Shown here: positions 48,016 to 57,897 of the stretch, piece after piece
How the letters are laid out: the number at the start of each line of letters is the position of its first letter
Numbering within the stretch: the first letter of the stretch is position 1
Assembly (NCBI GenBank): GCA_017517145.1
Contig: JAFXAJ010000053.1
Location: 1 to 62,349 of the forward strand
Direction of reading: 5' to 3'
Origin: Ruminococcus sp.
GTDB lineage: Bacteria; Bacillota; Clostridia; Oscillospirales; Ruminococcaceae
DNA length: 62,349 nucleotides
Translations under genes and position numbers: made by a program
Notes under the pieces: generated by a model
What the model saw: the letters and a program-made list of their open reading frames with translations, nothing else
Told to the model about the DNA's origin: nothing
Database searches by the model: none

Positions 48016-50052
48016 ATGAAGCGAAAAATGATTGGAGCAGCGGCAGCGTATATGTCGGGATTGTTTTTCGCTTCATTCTTTTTAGACAAATACGGTGCAA
48101 TCGCTGCAGTTTGCTGTATATTACTGTTGATTATATACGGCGTGATGAAAAATTTCAGACTGTCTGATTACGGCATAATCACCCTGTTCTTTGGAGCAGC
48201 TGTAACAGTAAATCTTGTATACACCAATATGGTATATGATAAAATTATTTCCTGTTCAGGTACGGAGGGGAGTTTTGTCGGAGAGATTTCGGAATACAGC
48301 GTATATGACGGTGATATTGCTTCGTATACTATTAAGGGCAGGATAAACGGCAGTCAGAAAGCACGGATTAACCTGCTGACATCGGATATAAATGCGGATT
48401 ACGGCGACAAAGTCATAATTGAAAAATGCACATTCAGCGAAATTGAAAGCGATTATTTGTTTGACAGCAAAACATGGAATAAATCCCGTCATATATACCT
48501 TGAAGCTGAAAAAGTCAGTGGTATTTCCGTTGAAAAACAGGATAAAGCTGTTATAAAAAAAGTCCTTGCATCCCTTCGGGAGAAAATGGTTTCCCGATTG
48601 TGTATTGAAATGGACGGAGAAACCGGAAGTTTTCTTGCAGGCATGATTTTCGGTGAGAAGCAGCAACTGGATGACGATGTGAAAACTTCTTTGTATCGCT
48701 GCGGAATAGGGCATATACTGGCGGTTTCGGGACTTCACGTATCGGTTATTGCTGCTGTAGTTATGGCATTGCTGAACAGACTGAAAGTCAATAAATATGT
48801 CAGTTTTGTATTGATGAATGTGCTGCTGATGTTTATTATTGCTCTGACAGAATATCCTGTTTCAGCTATAAGAGCTGTTATCATGCTGGAAATCGCCTAT
48901 TCTGCACGGCTTTTTGGTCAGCAGAACGACTCGTTGAATTCTCTTTCAATAGCAGCATTGCTGATATGTATTACTGATTGCTATGCGGTTTACAGCAGCG
49001 GATTTCTGCTGTCTGTCTGCGGAACATTCGGTGCAGCTGTTTTTGCACCGTTTATGGCTGAGGGAATAAACAGGGAAAATCGAAGCGGCAGAGCACTTTC
49101 CGCTGTTGTATATGCGGTGTGCGTGTCTCTTGCGGTAATGCCCTGCACGATGATATATTTTGATGAGGTTTCGTTGATTTCGCCCATAGCAAATATACTT
49201 CTTATTCCTCTTTGTGTTATTTCAATGCTTCTTGGGATTGTCTATCTTTTGTCAGGGGGATTTCTTGTTCTTCTGGCAGATGCCGCTGAATTTCTGCTTT
49301 CAGTTGTTATCGGTGTATCAGATTTTGCAGCGGAAATCCCGTTTTTCACTATAGCTGAAATAAATGGATTTATGCCTGTAATTCTTGTAATCTCAGCAGG
49401 TGCGGCAGCGGCTGTCTATCTTTTCAGCGAAAACAAAAAAGCAGTATCAGCTGCAATTGCTATTGCAGTAATTGTGAATACAGGCGTATCAGAGGGATTC
49501 CGCATGAGCATGAAAAATAATACGACTATAGCTGTTCTTGAAAAGGGAAATACAATGGCTGCTGTGGTAACCTGCGGCGGAAATACTGTCGTTGTGGATA
49601 TGAAAAGCAGAAGCGGTACTGAGGAATCGGTAGTAAAATATCTGCGGCAGAAAGGTTTGTATAATATAAGCGACCTTGTGATATGCGGTGAATCCTCCTC
49701 GAAATATTCTGCATATATTCATCAACTTGAGGATTTCGGAGAATACGGGATTCACACCATAGGCGAGGGATTCAGGGTTGTTCCTGATGTAAGTGATTCT
49801 GATGAATTGTCAATTGAAAGCGGCGGATTTACTTTAACTATTTCAGCGGATGTGCTGACTGTATGTGCAGAGGGCGTGACAGCAGTTTTTCATCCATACA
49901 GCTATGAAACCGAAGCCGAATTATCAGTAATATACGGAAATATTCCTGAATCGGATGAAAACCGCATTATTAACGGAATAGCACTAAGAGATACGGACAG
50001 CTTTGAAATTATAATAAAGAATGAAGGAAAATACAAATTAAGGAGTCTGTAA
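48016..50052 (+). CDS. comEC: ComEC/Rec2 competence membrane protein
   Basis: GIGHILAVSGLHV, SAIRA, GFLLS; upstream of holA; C-terminal domain lacks HxHxDH. Confidence 0.85.
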   Translation: MKRKMIGAAAAYMSGLFFASFFLDKYGAIAAVCCILLLIIYGVMKNFRLSDYGIITLFFGAAVTVNLVYTNMVYDKIISCSGTEGSFVGEISEYSVYDGDIASYTIKGRINGSQKARINLLTSDINADYGDKVIIEKCTFSEIESDYLFDSKTWNKSRHIYLEAEKVSGISVEKQDKAVIKKVLASLREKMVSRLCIEMDGETGSFLAGMIFGEKQQLDDDVKTSLYRCGIGHILAVSGLHVSVIAAVVMALLNRLKVNKYVSFVLMNVLLMFIIALTEYPVSAIRAVIMLEIAYSARLFGQQNDSLNSLSIAALLICITDCYAVYSSGFLLSVCGTFGAAVFAPFMAEGINRENRSGRALSAVVYAVCVSLAVMPCTMIYFDEVSLISPIANILLIPLCVISMLLGIVYLLSGGFLVLLADAAEFLLSVVIGVSDFAAEIPFFTIAEINGFMPVILVISAGAAAAVYLFSENKKAVSAAIAIAVIVNTGVSEGFRMSMKNNTTIAVLEKGNTMAAVVTCGGNTVVVDMKSRSGTEESVVKYLRQKGLYNISDLVICGESSSKYSAYIHQLEDFGEYGIHTIGEGFRVVPDVSDSDELSIESGGFTLTISADVLTVCAEGVTAVFHPYSYETEAELSVIYGNIPESDENRIINGIALRDTDSFEIIIKNEGKYKLRSL

Positions 50053-51137
50053 TGGCAGTACTGAGCAGCAAGGAACTTGACGTTGCCCTGAAAAAAGGGG
50101 AGCTTAACAGAATATATTATATATTTGGTGCGGATACGGCAGGAGTTGCCGCTGTCACACGAAAAATAATCATGGCTGCCGTTGGAGGCAGTGAAGAATT
50201 TGCTCTTACAAAGCTTGACGGCAAAAAGCTTGATATGTCACAGCTGGAGGAGCTTATAGGGCAGTTCAATATGATGTCGGAGTACAACTGTATACTTATA
50301 AACGACTATAATTGTGAAAAGCCTTATGATGATATGCGTGGAAAATCTGCTGATGAGGTTACAAAAAACCTCCTTGCAGTGCTGAAAAATATACCTGACC
50401 AGACGGTTGTAATTTTCAATGTTACAGGATTTGAAGTCAAGGTTCAGACGGACTACCGGACACGTAAAAATGTCATAAAGGATAAAAACAAGAAGCTGGC
50501 AGATTTTGCTGCCAAGAACGGTACAACCTGCGAAATGCCTATAAAGACTCCGCAGGAACTGGCAAGGATAATTACGAATAAGACAGCTGCACGAGGGGGA
50601 GCTATTTCCCTTGATAATGCCCGTGAGCTGGCGGAACGCTGTCTTTGTGATGAACTTGTTATTGAAAATGAACTGGACAAGCTCTGCGCTTATGCAAACG
50701 GCAGAGAGATTACAGCCGATATGCTGAGTATGATGGTGTATGAACGCAGTGATACTACAGCTTATGTTCTTGCCAAGGCAGTGGCAACTATGAATGCAAA
50801 AGAGGCATTTGAGGCAATTGACAGGCTGAATATCGGCAGCGACAACAGAGTTATTGTGTTTCACGCCGTATATTCTACTTTCGTTGATATGTACCGTGCA
50901 GCCTGTGCAAGAAAAAATGGTATAGGAATAGATCAGGCAGCAGCTGATTTCGGCTACTACGGTCGCTCATTTATCATGAAAAACGCATTTAATTACAGTT
51001 CGGGAATGAGTATAGAAAGATTGAGAAAGTGCATATCAATTCTCCGTGATACAGCGGTGAGAATGAACAGTACAGCCTGCGATCCCAGATTTGAGATTGA
51101 ACAGGCAGTGACACGTATGTTGAAGGTGAGCAGATGA
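50052..51137 (+). CDS. holA: DNA polymerase III delta subunit
   Basis: IYYIFG, NELDKLCAY; comEC-holA synteny. Confidence 0.8.
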   Translation: MAVLSSKELDVALKKGELNRIYYIFGADTAGVAAVTRKIIMAAVGGSEEFALTKLDGKKLDMSQLEELIGQFNMMSEYNCILINDYNCEKPYDDMRGKSADEVTKNLLAVLKNIPDQTVVIFNVTGFEVKVQTDYRTRKNVIKDKNKKLADFAAKNGTTCEMPIKTPQELARIITNKTAARGGAISLDNARELAERCLCDELVIENELDKLCAYANGREITADMLSMMVYERSDTTAYVLAKAVATMNAKEAFEAIDRLNIGSDNRVIVFHAVYSTFVDMYRAACARKNGIGIDQAAADFGYYGRSFIMKNAFNYSSGMSIERLRKCISILRDTAVRMNSTACDPRFEIEQAVTRMLKVSR

Positions 51138-51733
51138 TAAAAATAAATGAAGCAGTAATTGTAGAAGGAAAATACGACAAAATCAAGCTTTCTTCGGTTA
51201 TAGACGGCGCAATTATCGTGACAAACGGCTTTGGTATCTTCAAGGACAAGGAAAAACTTGAGCTTATTCGATATTATGCGGAAAAAACGGGAATAATCAT
51301 ACTTACCGATTCAGATAATGCAGGACGAAAAATACGAGGATACATAAAAGGTGCAATCGGAAAGGGCACTATTAAAAATGTCCATATCCCCGATATTTTC
51401 GGCAAGGAAAAACGCAAGACAAAAGCTTCTGCCGAAGGTAAGCTTGGAGTTGAGGGCATAGACACTGCCACACTCAGAGCCGCCTTTGAAAAGGCAGGAA
51501 TTACCTCTGCTGAAAGGACTGCACCGAAGGATATAACAAAGCTGACTATGTTTGAACTGGGACTCAGCGGAGGAAACGAAAGCAGCATTCTGCGGAAAAG
51601 GCTGCAGAAAAGACTGGGGCTTCCCTCAATGCTGTCCGCAGGTGCATTGCTTGAGGTGCTTAATACCATGATGACGGCTGCTGAGCTGAAAGAGCATATA
51701 GCAGCTGTTATGGAGGAAGAAAATGACGTATAG
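51134..51733 (+). CDS. rnmV: Ribonuclease M5-like Toprim protein (DUF4093)
   Basis: IVEGKYD, ILTDSDNAGRKIR, GVEG. Confidence 0.8.
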   Translation: MIKINEAVIVEGKYDKIKLSSVIDGAIIVTNGFGIFKDKEKLELIRYYAEKTGIIILTDSDNAGRKIRGYIKGAIGKGTIKNVHIPDIFGKEKRKTKASAEGKLGVEGIDTATLRAAFEKAGITSAERTAPKDITKLTMFELGLSGGNESSILRKRLQKRLGLPSMLSAGALLEVLNTMMTAAELKEHIAAVMEEENDV

Positions 51734-53096
51734 CAGTCTGCTGTTTATATATATCTTTTTTCCGGCTGCATTAGGAATATATCTTATTACTCCGAAGAAA
51801 TTCAAGGAGCTTTTGCTTTATGCGGAGAGCCTTGTTTTCTGCGGATTCATGGGCATCAGAGTGCTGTTGTTCATGCTTTTGTACTCCATTGTGAACTATA
51901 CAGCCGGACTTCTGATATATCAGGTGAAACCAAAAGTGAAATGCGTACCTCTTGCGGCAGGAATACTCTTTGATGCGCTCATGCTGATTTCCTTCCGTGC
52001 GGAATATTTCTCGTATCTTCACGATTTTATAAAGCTGCCGGAGGGGACGGATATTGCAGGAATATCAATATTTACCCTTTCTGCCATCGGGTATCTGGCA
52101 GACATCTATAAGGGCAGCATCAGAGCCGACAGGAATTTTATCCGCTTGTCGCTTTATATCATGATGTTTCCACGGCTTATTATGGGTACGATTGTGAGTT
52201 ATGATACTTTTGCTCATACAGGCAGGAATCTCCATATAAATATGGCGGAAATCGGCAGCGGACTTACAGGATTTATTAAAGGTGCTGCAAAAAAGGTAAT
52301 CATCGCAGACCAGCTTTTTGCGCTGTATTCCGCAGTAAAGGCAACAGCTTTGTCAGAGCTTTCCGCAGCAGCTGCATGGCTGGGCTGTATGGCATATCTG
52401 CTTTGTTTTTATTTCACTTTATCAGGTTTATCAGATATGAGCGTGGGATTATGCAGATGTTTCGGGTATCGTTTTCCTCACAGCTTCAACTATCCGCTGT
52501 TCAGTCCACGCATAAGGGTATTCGTTTCAAAGTGGCATATTCAGGCTATTCACTGGTTCAGAAAATATATTACACGCCCACTGTCGTCTATGACGGAGAA
52601 TCCCTATATCAGCAAGCTGATATTTGCAGGTGTATGGGCGCTTTCAGGTATATGGTACAGTTTCAGCATTGGCGGTGCGGTCTGGGGACTGATTATCGGA
52701 GCTTCTGTAATTGCTGAAAATAAACTCAGCAAATTCAGACGCATAAAACCAAATGGTATAATTGTTACTATGTTTATACTGGCTCTCAGTTTTGTATTCC
52801 TTGCAAGAGGAAATATTTCAAGTTCTCTGGGATATTTTGCAGTAATGTTCGGCGGAAACGGAAATCTTGCAGATTCATTTGCGGTATACCTGCTGAAATA
52901 TTACATTGTAATACTTCTTGTTGCGGTATATGCGTCAACTGACCTATTCAGAAATACTATTGCAAGAGTAAAGGATATGCGTTTCGGAAGGGCGGTATCC
53001 TCACTTGCTCCGGCTGTACTGCTGGTGCTGCTTTTTATATGCACAGCGTTTATGGCATACAGCGGACAGTCTGATTCAATGATTATAAGCTTGTAG
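51723..53096 (+). CDS. MBOAT O-acyltransferase (AlgI/PatA-like), catalytic His apparently replaced
   Basis: GISIFT..GYLADIY, FPRLIMG, KKVIIAD, WH; expected WHG reads WYS. Confidence 0.8.
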   Translation: MTYSSLLFIYIFFPAALGIYLITPKKFKELLLYAESLVFCGFMGIRVLLFMLLYSIVNYTAGLLIYQVKPKVKCVPLAAGILFDALMLISFRAEYFSYLHDFIKLPEGTDIAGISIFTLSAIGYLADIYKGSIRADRNFIRLSLYIMMFPRLIMGTIVSYDTFAHTGRNLHINMAEIGSGLTGFIKGAAKKVIIADQLFALYSAVKATALSELSAAAAWLGCMAYLLCFYFTLSGLSDMSVGLCRCFGYRFPHSFNYPLFSPRIRVFVSKWHIQAIHWFRKYITRPLSSMTENPYISKLIFAGVWALSGIWYSFSIGGAVWGLIIGASVIAENKLSKFRRIKPNGIIVTMFILALSFVFLARGNISSSLGYFAVMFGGNGNLADSFAVYLLKYYIVILLVAVYASTDLFRNTIARVKDMRFGRAVSSLAPAVLLVLLFICTAFMAYSGQSDSMIISL

Positions 53097-53108
53097 CGGG
53101 GTGATACA

Positions 53109-54188
53109 GTGAAGCTGACAGAAAAAATAACAGCAATTGTGGTTATGACATTCATTATGGGTATATCAACGGCCGTCATTTTCGGCGGCGGTTTAACTGA
53201 AGGCGCTTCGGGAGTCAGCAAAAAGGATATTCTTATCGGCAGTGCAGGTGATAAACTTACAGAAAGTGTTGCTGATAAACTGCCATTTGTTAAGCAGTGG
53301 CGGTCAATCGGTGCAGAAACAGGCTCAAAAACGGGCGAACCTGTGGTAAATGATGTGTATATATCTGAGGAAAGACTTCTTGATGTATCGGAGCGCAGTC
53401 TTTCTTCCGCAGTAAATTTTGCAAAAGCTGTCAACAGCTTTGACAAAAGCTACGGCGGCACGTTGTATTTTGCTGCAATTCCCACATCTACGGGAATATA
53501 TGGTGATAATCTGCCGTCATATCTTTCATCTGTAACTGAAAAGCAGCTGACGGACAGGCTTTATGATGAAATTGACGGGAATATCAGGAAAATAGATGCC
53601 TATACTATACTTAAAATGTTAAGTGAAAATTATATCTGCTGCCGCAGTGATACGAAGTGGACAAGTTACGGAGCATACTGCGTTTACCGTACAGTTATAC
53701 AGAAACTTGGATTTATTCCGATTTCTTATGATAAGTATACAATCCGCCATGTTACCGACAACTATCATGGGAATCTCTACAGCCGTACAGGATATATGGA
53801 ATCAAAGGCTGATATACTTGATATATACGAATACAACGATGGCACAGAGATAATTGAATGTGTGGGAACTGATTATGACGGAGTGAGCAAGGATATAGGT
53901 CTGTATGACATTGATGCAGTTGAATCGGGGAATCCGTATAATCTTTATCTGGGTGAACCAATGGCATTTATAAAAATCAGGACAACAGTAAACAATGAAA
54001 AATCTCTACTTGTAATCGGTGACGAAACAGCGGATTGCTTCATACCGTTTCTTACAAAGCACTACAGCGAAATTGCTTTTATCTCGGCGGATCGCTGCGG
54101 AGAAAACATAAAAGAATACGTCGATACAGACCTTTACGAGCAAGCGGTATTTCTTGTAGGTCTTGACTATATAACAGAAAAATACTGA
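53109..54188 (+). CDS. DHHW-family (AlgJ/PatB-like) protein, degenerate
   Basis: RSDTKWTSYGAY in place of RTDHHW; LLVIGDETADCFIPFL..HY; follows MBOAT gene. Confidence 0.7.
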   Translation: MKLTEKITAIVVMTFIMGISTAVIFGGGLTEGASGVSKKDILIGSAGDKLTESVADKLPFVKQWRSIGAETGSKTGEPVVNDVYISEERLLDVSERSLSSAVNFAKAVNSFDKSYGGTLYFAAIPTSTGIYGDNLPSYLSSVTEKQLTDRLYDEIDGNIRKIDAYTILKMLSENYICCRSDTKWTSYGAYCVYRTVIQKLGFIPISYDKYTIRHVTDNYHGNLYSRTGYMESKADILDIYEYNDGTEIIECVGTDYDGVSKDIGLYDIDAVESGNPYNLYLGEPMAFIKIRTTVNNEKSLLVIGDETADCFIPFLTKHYSEIAFISADRCGENIKEYVDTDLYEQAVFLVGLDYITEKY

Positions 54189-54198
54189 GGTGTATGAT

Positions 54199-54951
54199 AT
54201 GAAAGCATTAATAACAGGAGCAACATCAGGAATAGGGAAGTGTATAGCTGAAAAACTCAGTCAGCGTGGCTGGGAGCTTATACTTACTGGACGAAATGAA
54301 GAGATACTGGCAGAAATGGCGGAAAGACTGGGAAAATGCGAGATTGTTGCCGCAGATTTATCTCAGAAATCAGAAATTTTCAAAGTATATGATTTCTGCC
54401 GCGGAAAAAATGTGGATATGCTTGTGAATAATGCAGGATTCGGCGTGTTCGGCAGATTTTCCGAAACAGATCTGGATACAGAGATTGATATGCTCACAGT
54501 AAATATTACAGCAGTTCATATACTTATGAAGCTGTTTCTCCGTGAATTCAGAGAGAAGGACAGTGGAATTATTCTTAATGTAGCATCGGCTGCGGCATAT
54601 CTTACAGGTCCTTTGATGGCATCATATTACGCATCTAAGAGCTATGTTCTGAAGCTTTCAGCAGCTGCCGCAGAGGAACTCAGACGAGAGGGTTCAAAGG
54701 TAAAAATAACAGTACTTTGTCCCGGCCCTGTTGATACGGAATTCAACAACAGAGCAGGGGTAACTTTCAGTATGAAGCCTGTGTCTGCGGAGAAAACAGC
54801 TGATTGCGGACTTAATGCTGCATTTTCAGGAAAACTTATCGCTATTCCGAATCTTGTAACGAAGCTTGGAGTAACGGGAGCACGTTTCTTATCTCATAAA
54901 CTGACAGCCCGACTTGTTTATGGAATGCAGGAGAGGAAAAAGGGCGTATGA
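54199..54951 (+). CDS. Short-chain dehydrogenase/reductase
   Basis: TGATSGIG, NNAG, YYASK. Confidence 0.9.
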   Translation: MKALITGATSGIGKCIAEKLSQRGWELILTGRNEEILAEMAERLGKCEIVAADLSQKSEIFKVYDFCRGKNVDMLVNNAGFGVFGRFSETDLDTEIDMLTVNITAVHILMKLFLREFREKDSGIILNVASAAAYLTGPLMASYYASKSYVLKLSAAAAEELRREGSKVKITVLCPGPVDTEFNNRAGVTFSMKPVSAEKTADCGLNAAFSGKLIAIPNLVTKLGVTGARFLSHKLTARLVYGMQERKKGV

Positions 54952-55481
54952 AAAAAGTAAGCTACAGAGTTGCACTGGGCGGAATTGTATCAGCGCTTTG
55001 TCTGCTGTGTATGTTTCTTGCAGGAATAATGCCTTTGTTTTATCTTATACTGCCTATGGCGGCAGGAATGCTTCTGATGATAATTGCAGAGGAAGTGAGC
55101 GTAGGCTGGGCATGGCTGACATATCTTGCAGTGGATATACTTTCGCTTTTGATAACAGCGGATAAGGAATCAGCGCTTGTTTTTATTATGCTGTTCGGGC
55201 ATTATCCCATGGTCAGACTTATGATTGAAAAGCTGAAATTCAAGCCGTTGAAGTATATATTAAAAGGTTTGATTTTTAATGTCTGTGCAGTATCATTTTT
55301 TCTTGTGACAGTGTTTATTTTCGGAATTGACCAGATGATGACGGATATGGAAGAGCTTGGACAATTTGGAGGAGCAGTATTTCTGATTCTGGGGAATATC
55401 GTATTCTGGCTGTATGACTTCAATCTTGGAGCAATATATGTTCTTTATCTGAAACAATTGCTTCCGAAATTCAGAAATTAG
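54948..55481 (+). CDS. Conserved membrane protein
   Basis: Five to six hydrophobic segments, FGHYP motif; coupled to the SDR gene. Confidence 0.7.
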   Translation: MKKVSYRVALGGIVSALCLLCMFLAGIMPLFYLILPMAAGMLLMIIAEEVSVGWAWLTYLAVDILSLLITADKESALVFIMLFGHYPMVRLMIEKLKFKPLKYILKGLIFNVCAVSFFLVTVFIFGIDQMMTDMEELGQFGGAVFLILGNIVFWLYDFNLGAIYVLYLKQLLPKFRN

Positions 55482-55506
55482 GGCGGATATTATCCGCCCG
55501 TTTTTT
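55481..55506 (+). terminator. Intrinsic terminator
   Basis: GGGCGGAT/ATCCGCCC plus T run. Confidence 0.75.
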
Positions 55507-55697
55507 GTTATTGAACTGCATATAGCATAATATGTTAAAATAAAAAAATATTAAAAAACACTGGAAATATTTATGGGAATGTGCTATAATTAATTTGATT
55601 GGATTTTTTTCAATTACATAATGTGGGAGCGTGACGAAAACGCTGTGAAAATTGCGGAAAACTCCCATTAGAATAAATTTTTTCAGGAGGATGTTAC

Positions 55698-57095
55698 ATG
55701 AAAAAAGTACAGCTTACCGAAACAGTTCTTCGTGATGCCAATCAGTCACTGATGGCAACTCGTCTGCCCTATGCCGATTATGAGGGTATCCTTGCCGATA
55801 TGGACAAGGCTGGTTATTACTCAATCGAGTGCTGGGGAGGAGCTACATTTGATTCCTGCCTTCGTTACCTTAACGAGGACCCATGGGAGAGACTGAGAAA
55901 TCTCAAGAAGAATCTCCCAAATACAAGACTTCAGATGCTTCTCAGAGGTCAGAACCTTTTAGGCTATAAGCACTACCACGATGACGTTGTTGAAAAGTTC
56001 ATCGAGCTTTCTATCAAGAACGGTATTGATGTTATCCGTATTTTTGACGCTCTTAATGATTTCAGAAATATCGAGACTGCTCTCAATGCCACAAAGAAGT
56101 ATGCTACAAAGAAAACAGTCGCTTCAGGCTGTATTTCCTACACACAGAGCCCTGTGCACACTGTTGAAAAGTACATCGAGATGTGCAAGGAACTCAAGAC
56201 AATGGGCTTTGATACAATCTGTCTTAAAGATATGGCAGGTACTATGTCTCCTTATGAGGCTGAGCACCTTATCAAGGGTATCAAGGACGCTATTGGTGAT
56301 ATGACTCTCGTGCTCCATACTCATTGCACAACAGGTATGGCTTACATGACAATCATGAAGGCTATCGAGTCAGGTATCGACGTTATTGATACAGCTTGTT
56401 CAGCATTTTCAGGCGGTACTTCACAGCCTTCCACAGAAACAATGTTCTATGCTCTCCAGCAGTACGGCATTGATACAGGCCTTAATGAAGATATAATCAA
56501 CAAGGTAAACGACTACTTCAAACCCATAAAGCAGAAGTATGTTGATAACGGGCAGCTTAACCCCAAGAGCCTTGCAACAGATGCTCAGGCTCTCGTGTAT
56601 AAGGTTCCCGGCGGTATGCTTTCAAATATGATTGCAAACCTTACAGATATGCACGCTATGGACAAGTTTGACGCTGCACTTGCTGAAATTCCTAAGGTAC
56701 GTGCTGACCTCGGCTATCCTCCTCTCGTAACTCCTCTTTCACAGATGGTAGGAAATCAGGCAGTTACAAACGTTCTTATCGGTGAGCGCTATAAGAATAT
56801 TTCCAAAGAAGTAAAGAACTACATCAAGGGTGAGTACGGTATTGCTCCTGCGCCCATTGACCTTGAACTCTCCAAGAAGGTTCTCGGTGATGATATGCCT
56901 GTTGACTGCCGTATTGAAGATGTAAAGCGTACAGGCGAAGATTTCGCAGCTGCAAAGGAAGCTCTCGGTGATCTCTGCCGCAGCGAAGAAGACATCATGA
57001 GCTATATCTGCTATCCCGACCAGACACTCAAATTCCTTGAAAACCGCAAGGCTGAGGCTGAAAAGGAAGTTGTATATACTATCGAGGAAATGTAA
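55698..57095 (+). CDS. oadA: Oxaloacetate decarboxylase alpha / pyruvate carboxyltransferase subunit (no biotinyl domain)
   Basis: LRDANQSL, ECWGGATFD, QMLLRGQN, LKDMAG, HTH, GYPPLVTPLSQ. Confidence 0.88.
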   Translation: MKKVQLTETVLRDANQSLMATRLPYADYEGILADMDKAGYYSIECWGGATFDSCLRYLNEDPWERLRNLKKNLPNTRLQMLLRGQNLLGYKHYHDDVVEKFIELSIKNGIDVIRIFDALNDFRNIETALNATKKYATKKTVASGCISYTQSPVHTVEKYIEMCKELKTMGFDTICLKDMAGTMSPYEAEHLIKGIKDAIGDMTLVLHTHCTTGMAYMTIMKAIESGIDVIDTACSAFSGGTSQPSTETMFYALQQYGIDTGLNEDIINKVNDYFKPIKQKYVDNGQLNPKSLATDAQALVYKVPGGMLSNMIANLTDMHAMDKFDAALAEIPKVRADLGYPPLVTPLSQMVGNQAVTNVLIGERYKNISKEVKNYIKGEYGIAPAPIDLELSKKVLGDDMPVDCRIEDVKRTGEDFAAAKEALGDLCRSEEDIMSYICYPDQTLKFLENRKAEAEKEVVYTIEEM

Positions 57096-57130
57096 TTTTA
57101 CGGCATATTACTCGGAAAGGAGTTTAAATA

Positions 57131-57499
57131 ATGAATTTAGCACTTCTCGCTGCTCAGGCAACAGACAGCGGTACTAAAATGGAGATAGGAGATGCCGCTC
57201 TCGTTGCTGTTGTTGGTTACGGAGTTGTATTTTTAGGCATTGTTATGCTTATGGTTATTCTCTATATCACAGGCTCTATTTTCAAAAAACGTGATGCAAA
57301 GGCTGCTGAGGCAAAAACTGAGACAAAGGCAGCTCCTGCACCTGATAAGGATGCTCCTGCTGCCCCCGGTTCAGCAGGTCACGTAAAGCTCAATGGCATT
57401 GACGAAAAGGATGCTGCTATGATTATGGCTATCGTTGCAGATAAAATGCAGACTCCACTCAATGAACTGAGATTTATATCTATTAAGGAGGTAGAATAA
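57131..57499 (+). CDS. OadG-family membrane subunit
   Basis: Single TM GYGVVFLGIVML, Ala/Pro linker, AAMIMAIV. Confidence 0.75.
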   Translation: MNLALLAAQATDSGTKMEIGDAALVAVVGYGVVFLGIVMLMVILYITGSIFKKRDAKAAEAKTETKAAPAPDKDAPAAPGSAGHVKLNGIDEKDAAMIMAIVADKMQTPLNELRFISIKEVE

Positions 57500-57501
57500 T
57501 T

Positions 57502-57885
57502 ATGAAGTATAAAGTAACTTTAAATGGAAAAACCTACGAGGTTGAAGTAGAAAAGGGCAAGGCAATTCTTCTTGATGAATACGAGGCTCTTGCACCTGCA
57601 CCTGCAGCTGCTCCCGTGGCAGCCGCACCAGCCGCAGCCCCTGCACCTGCAGCACCCGTAAATCTTGCAGCAGGTGAAACAGTTGTAGCTCCCATGCCCG
57701 GAAACATTCTCCGTGTTGATGTAAATCAGGGCGATGTTGTAAAGGCTGGTCAGATTCTTGTTGTTCTCGAAGCTATGAAAATGGAGAATGAGATCGTTGC
57801 TCCAAAGGACGGTACTGTTGCACAGGTTGTTACAAGTAAGGGTGCCGTAGTTGATACAGGTGCTCCCCTGGTAATCATTGCGTAA
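57502..57885 (+). CDS. Biotin carboxyl carrier protein
   Basis: Ala/Pro linker; LEAMKMENEI biotinylation motif. Confidence 0.92.
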   Translation: MKYKVTLNGKTYEVEVEKGKAILLDEYEALAPAPAAAPVAAAPAAAPAPAAPVNLAAGETVVAPMPGNILRVDVNQGDVVKAGQILVVLEAMKMENEIVAPKDGTVAQVVTSKGAVVDTGAPLVIIA

Positions 57886-57897
57886 GGAGGGCAAAAA

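Noticed and set aside
57592-57657. GCACCTGCA-type repeats
   Set aside because: Ordinary Ala/Pro linker of a biotin carrier protein.
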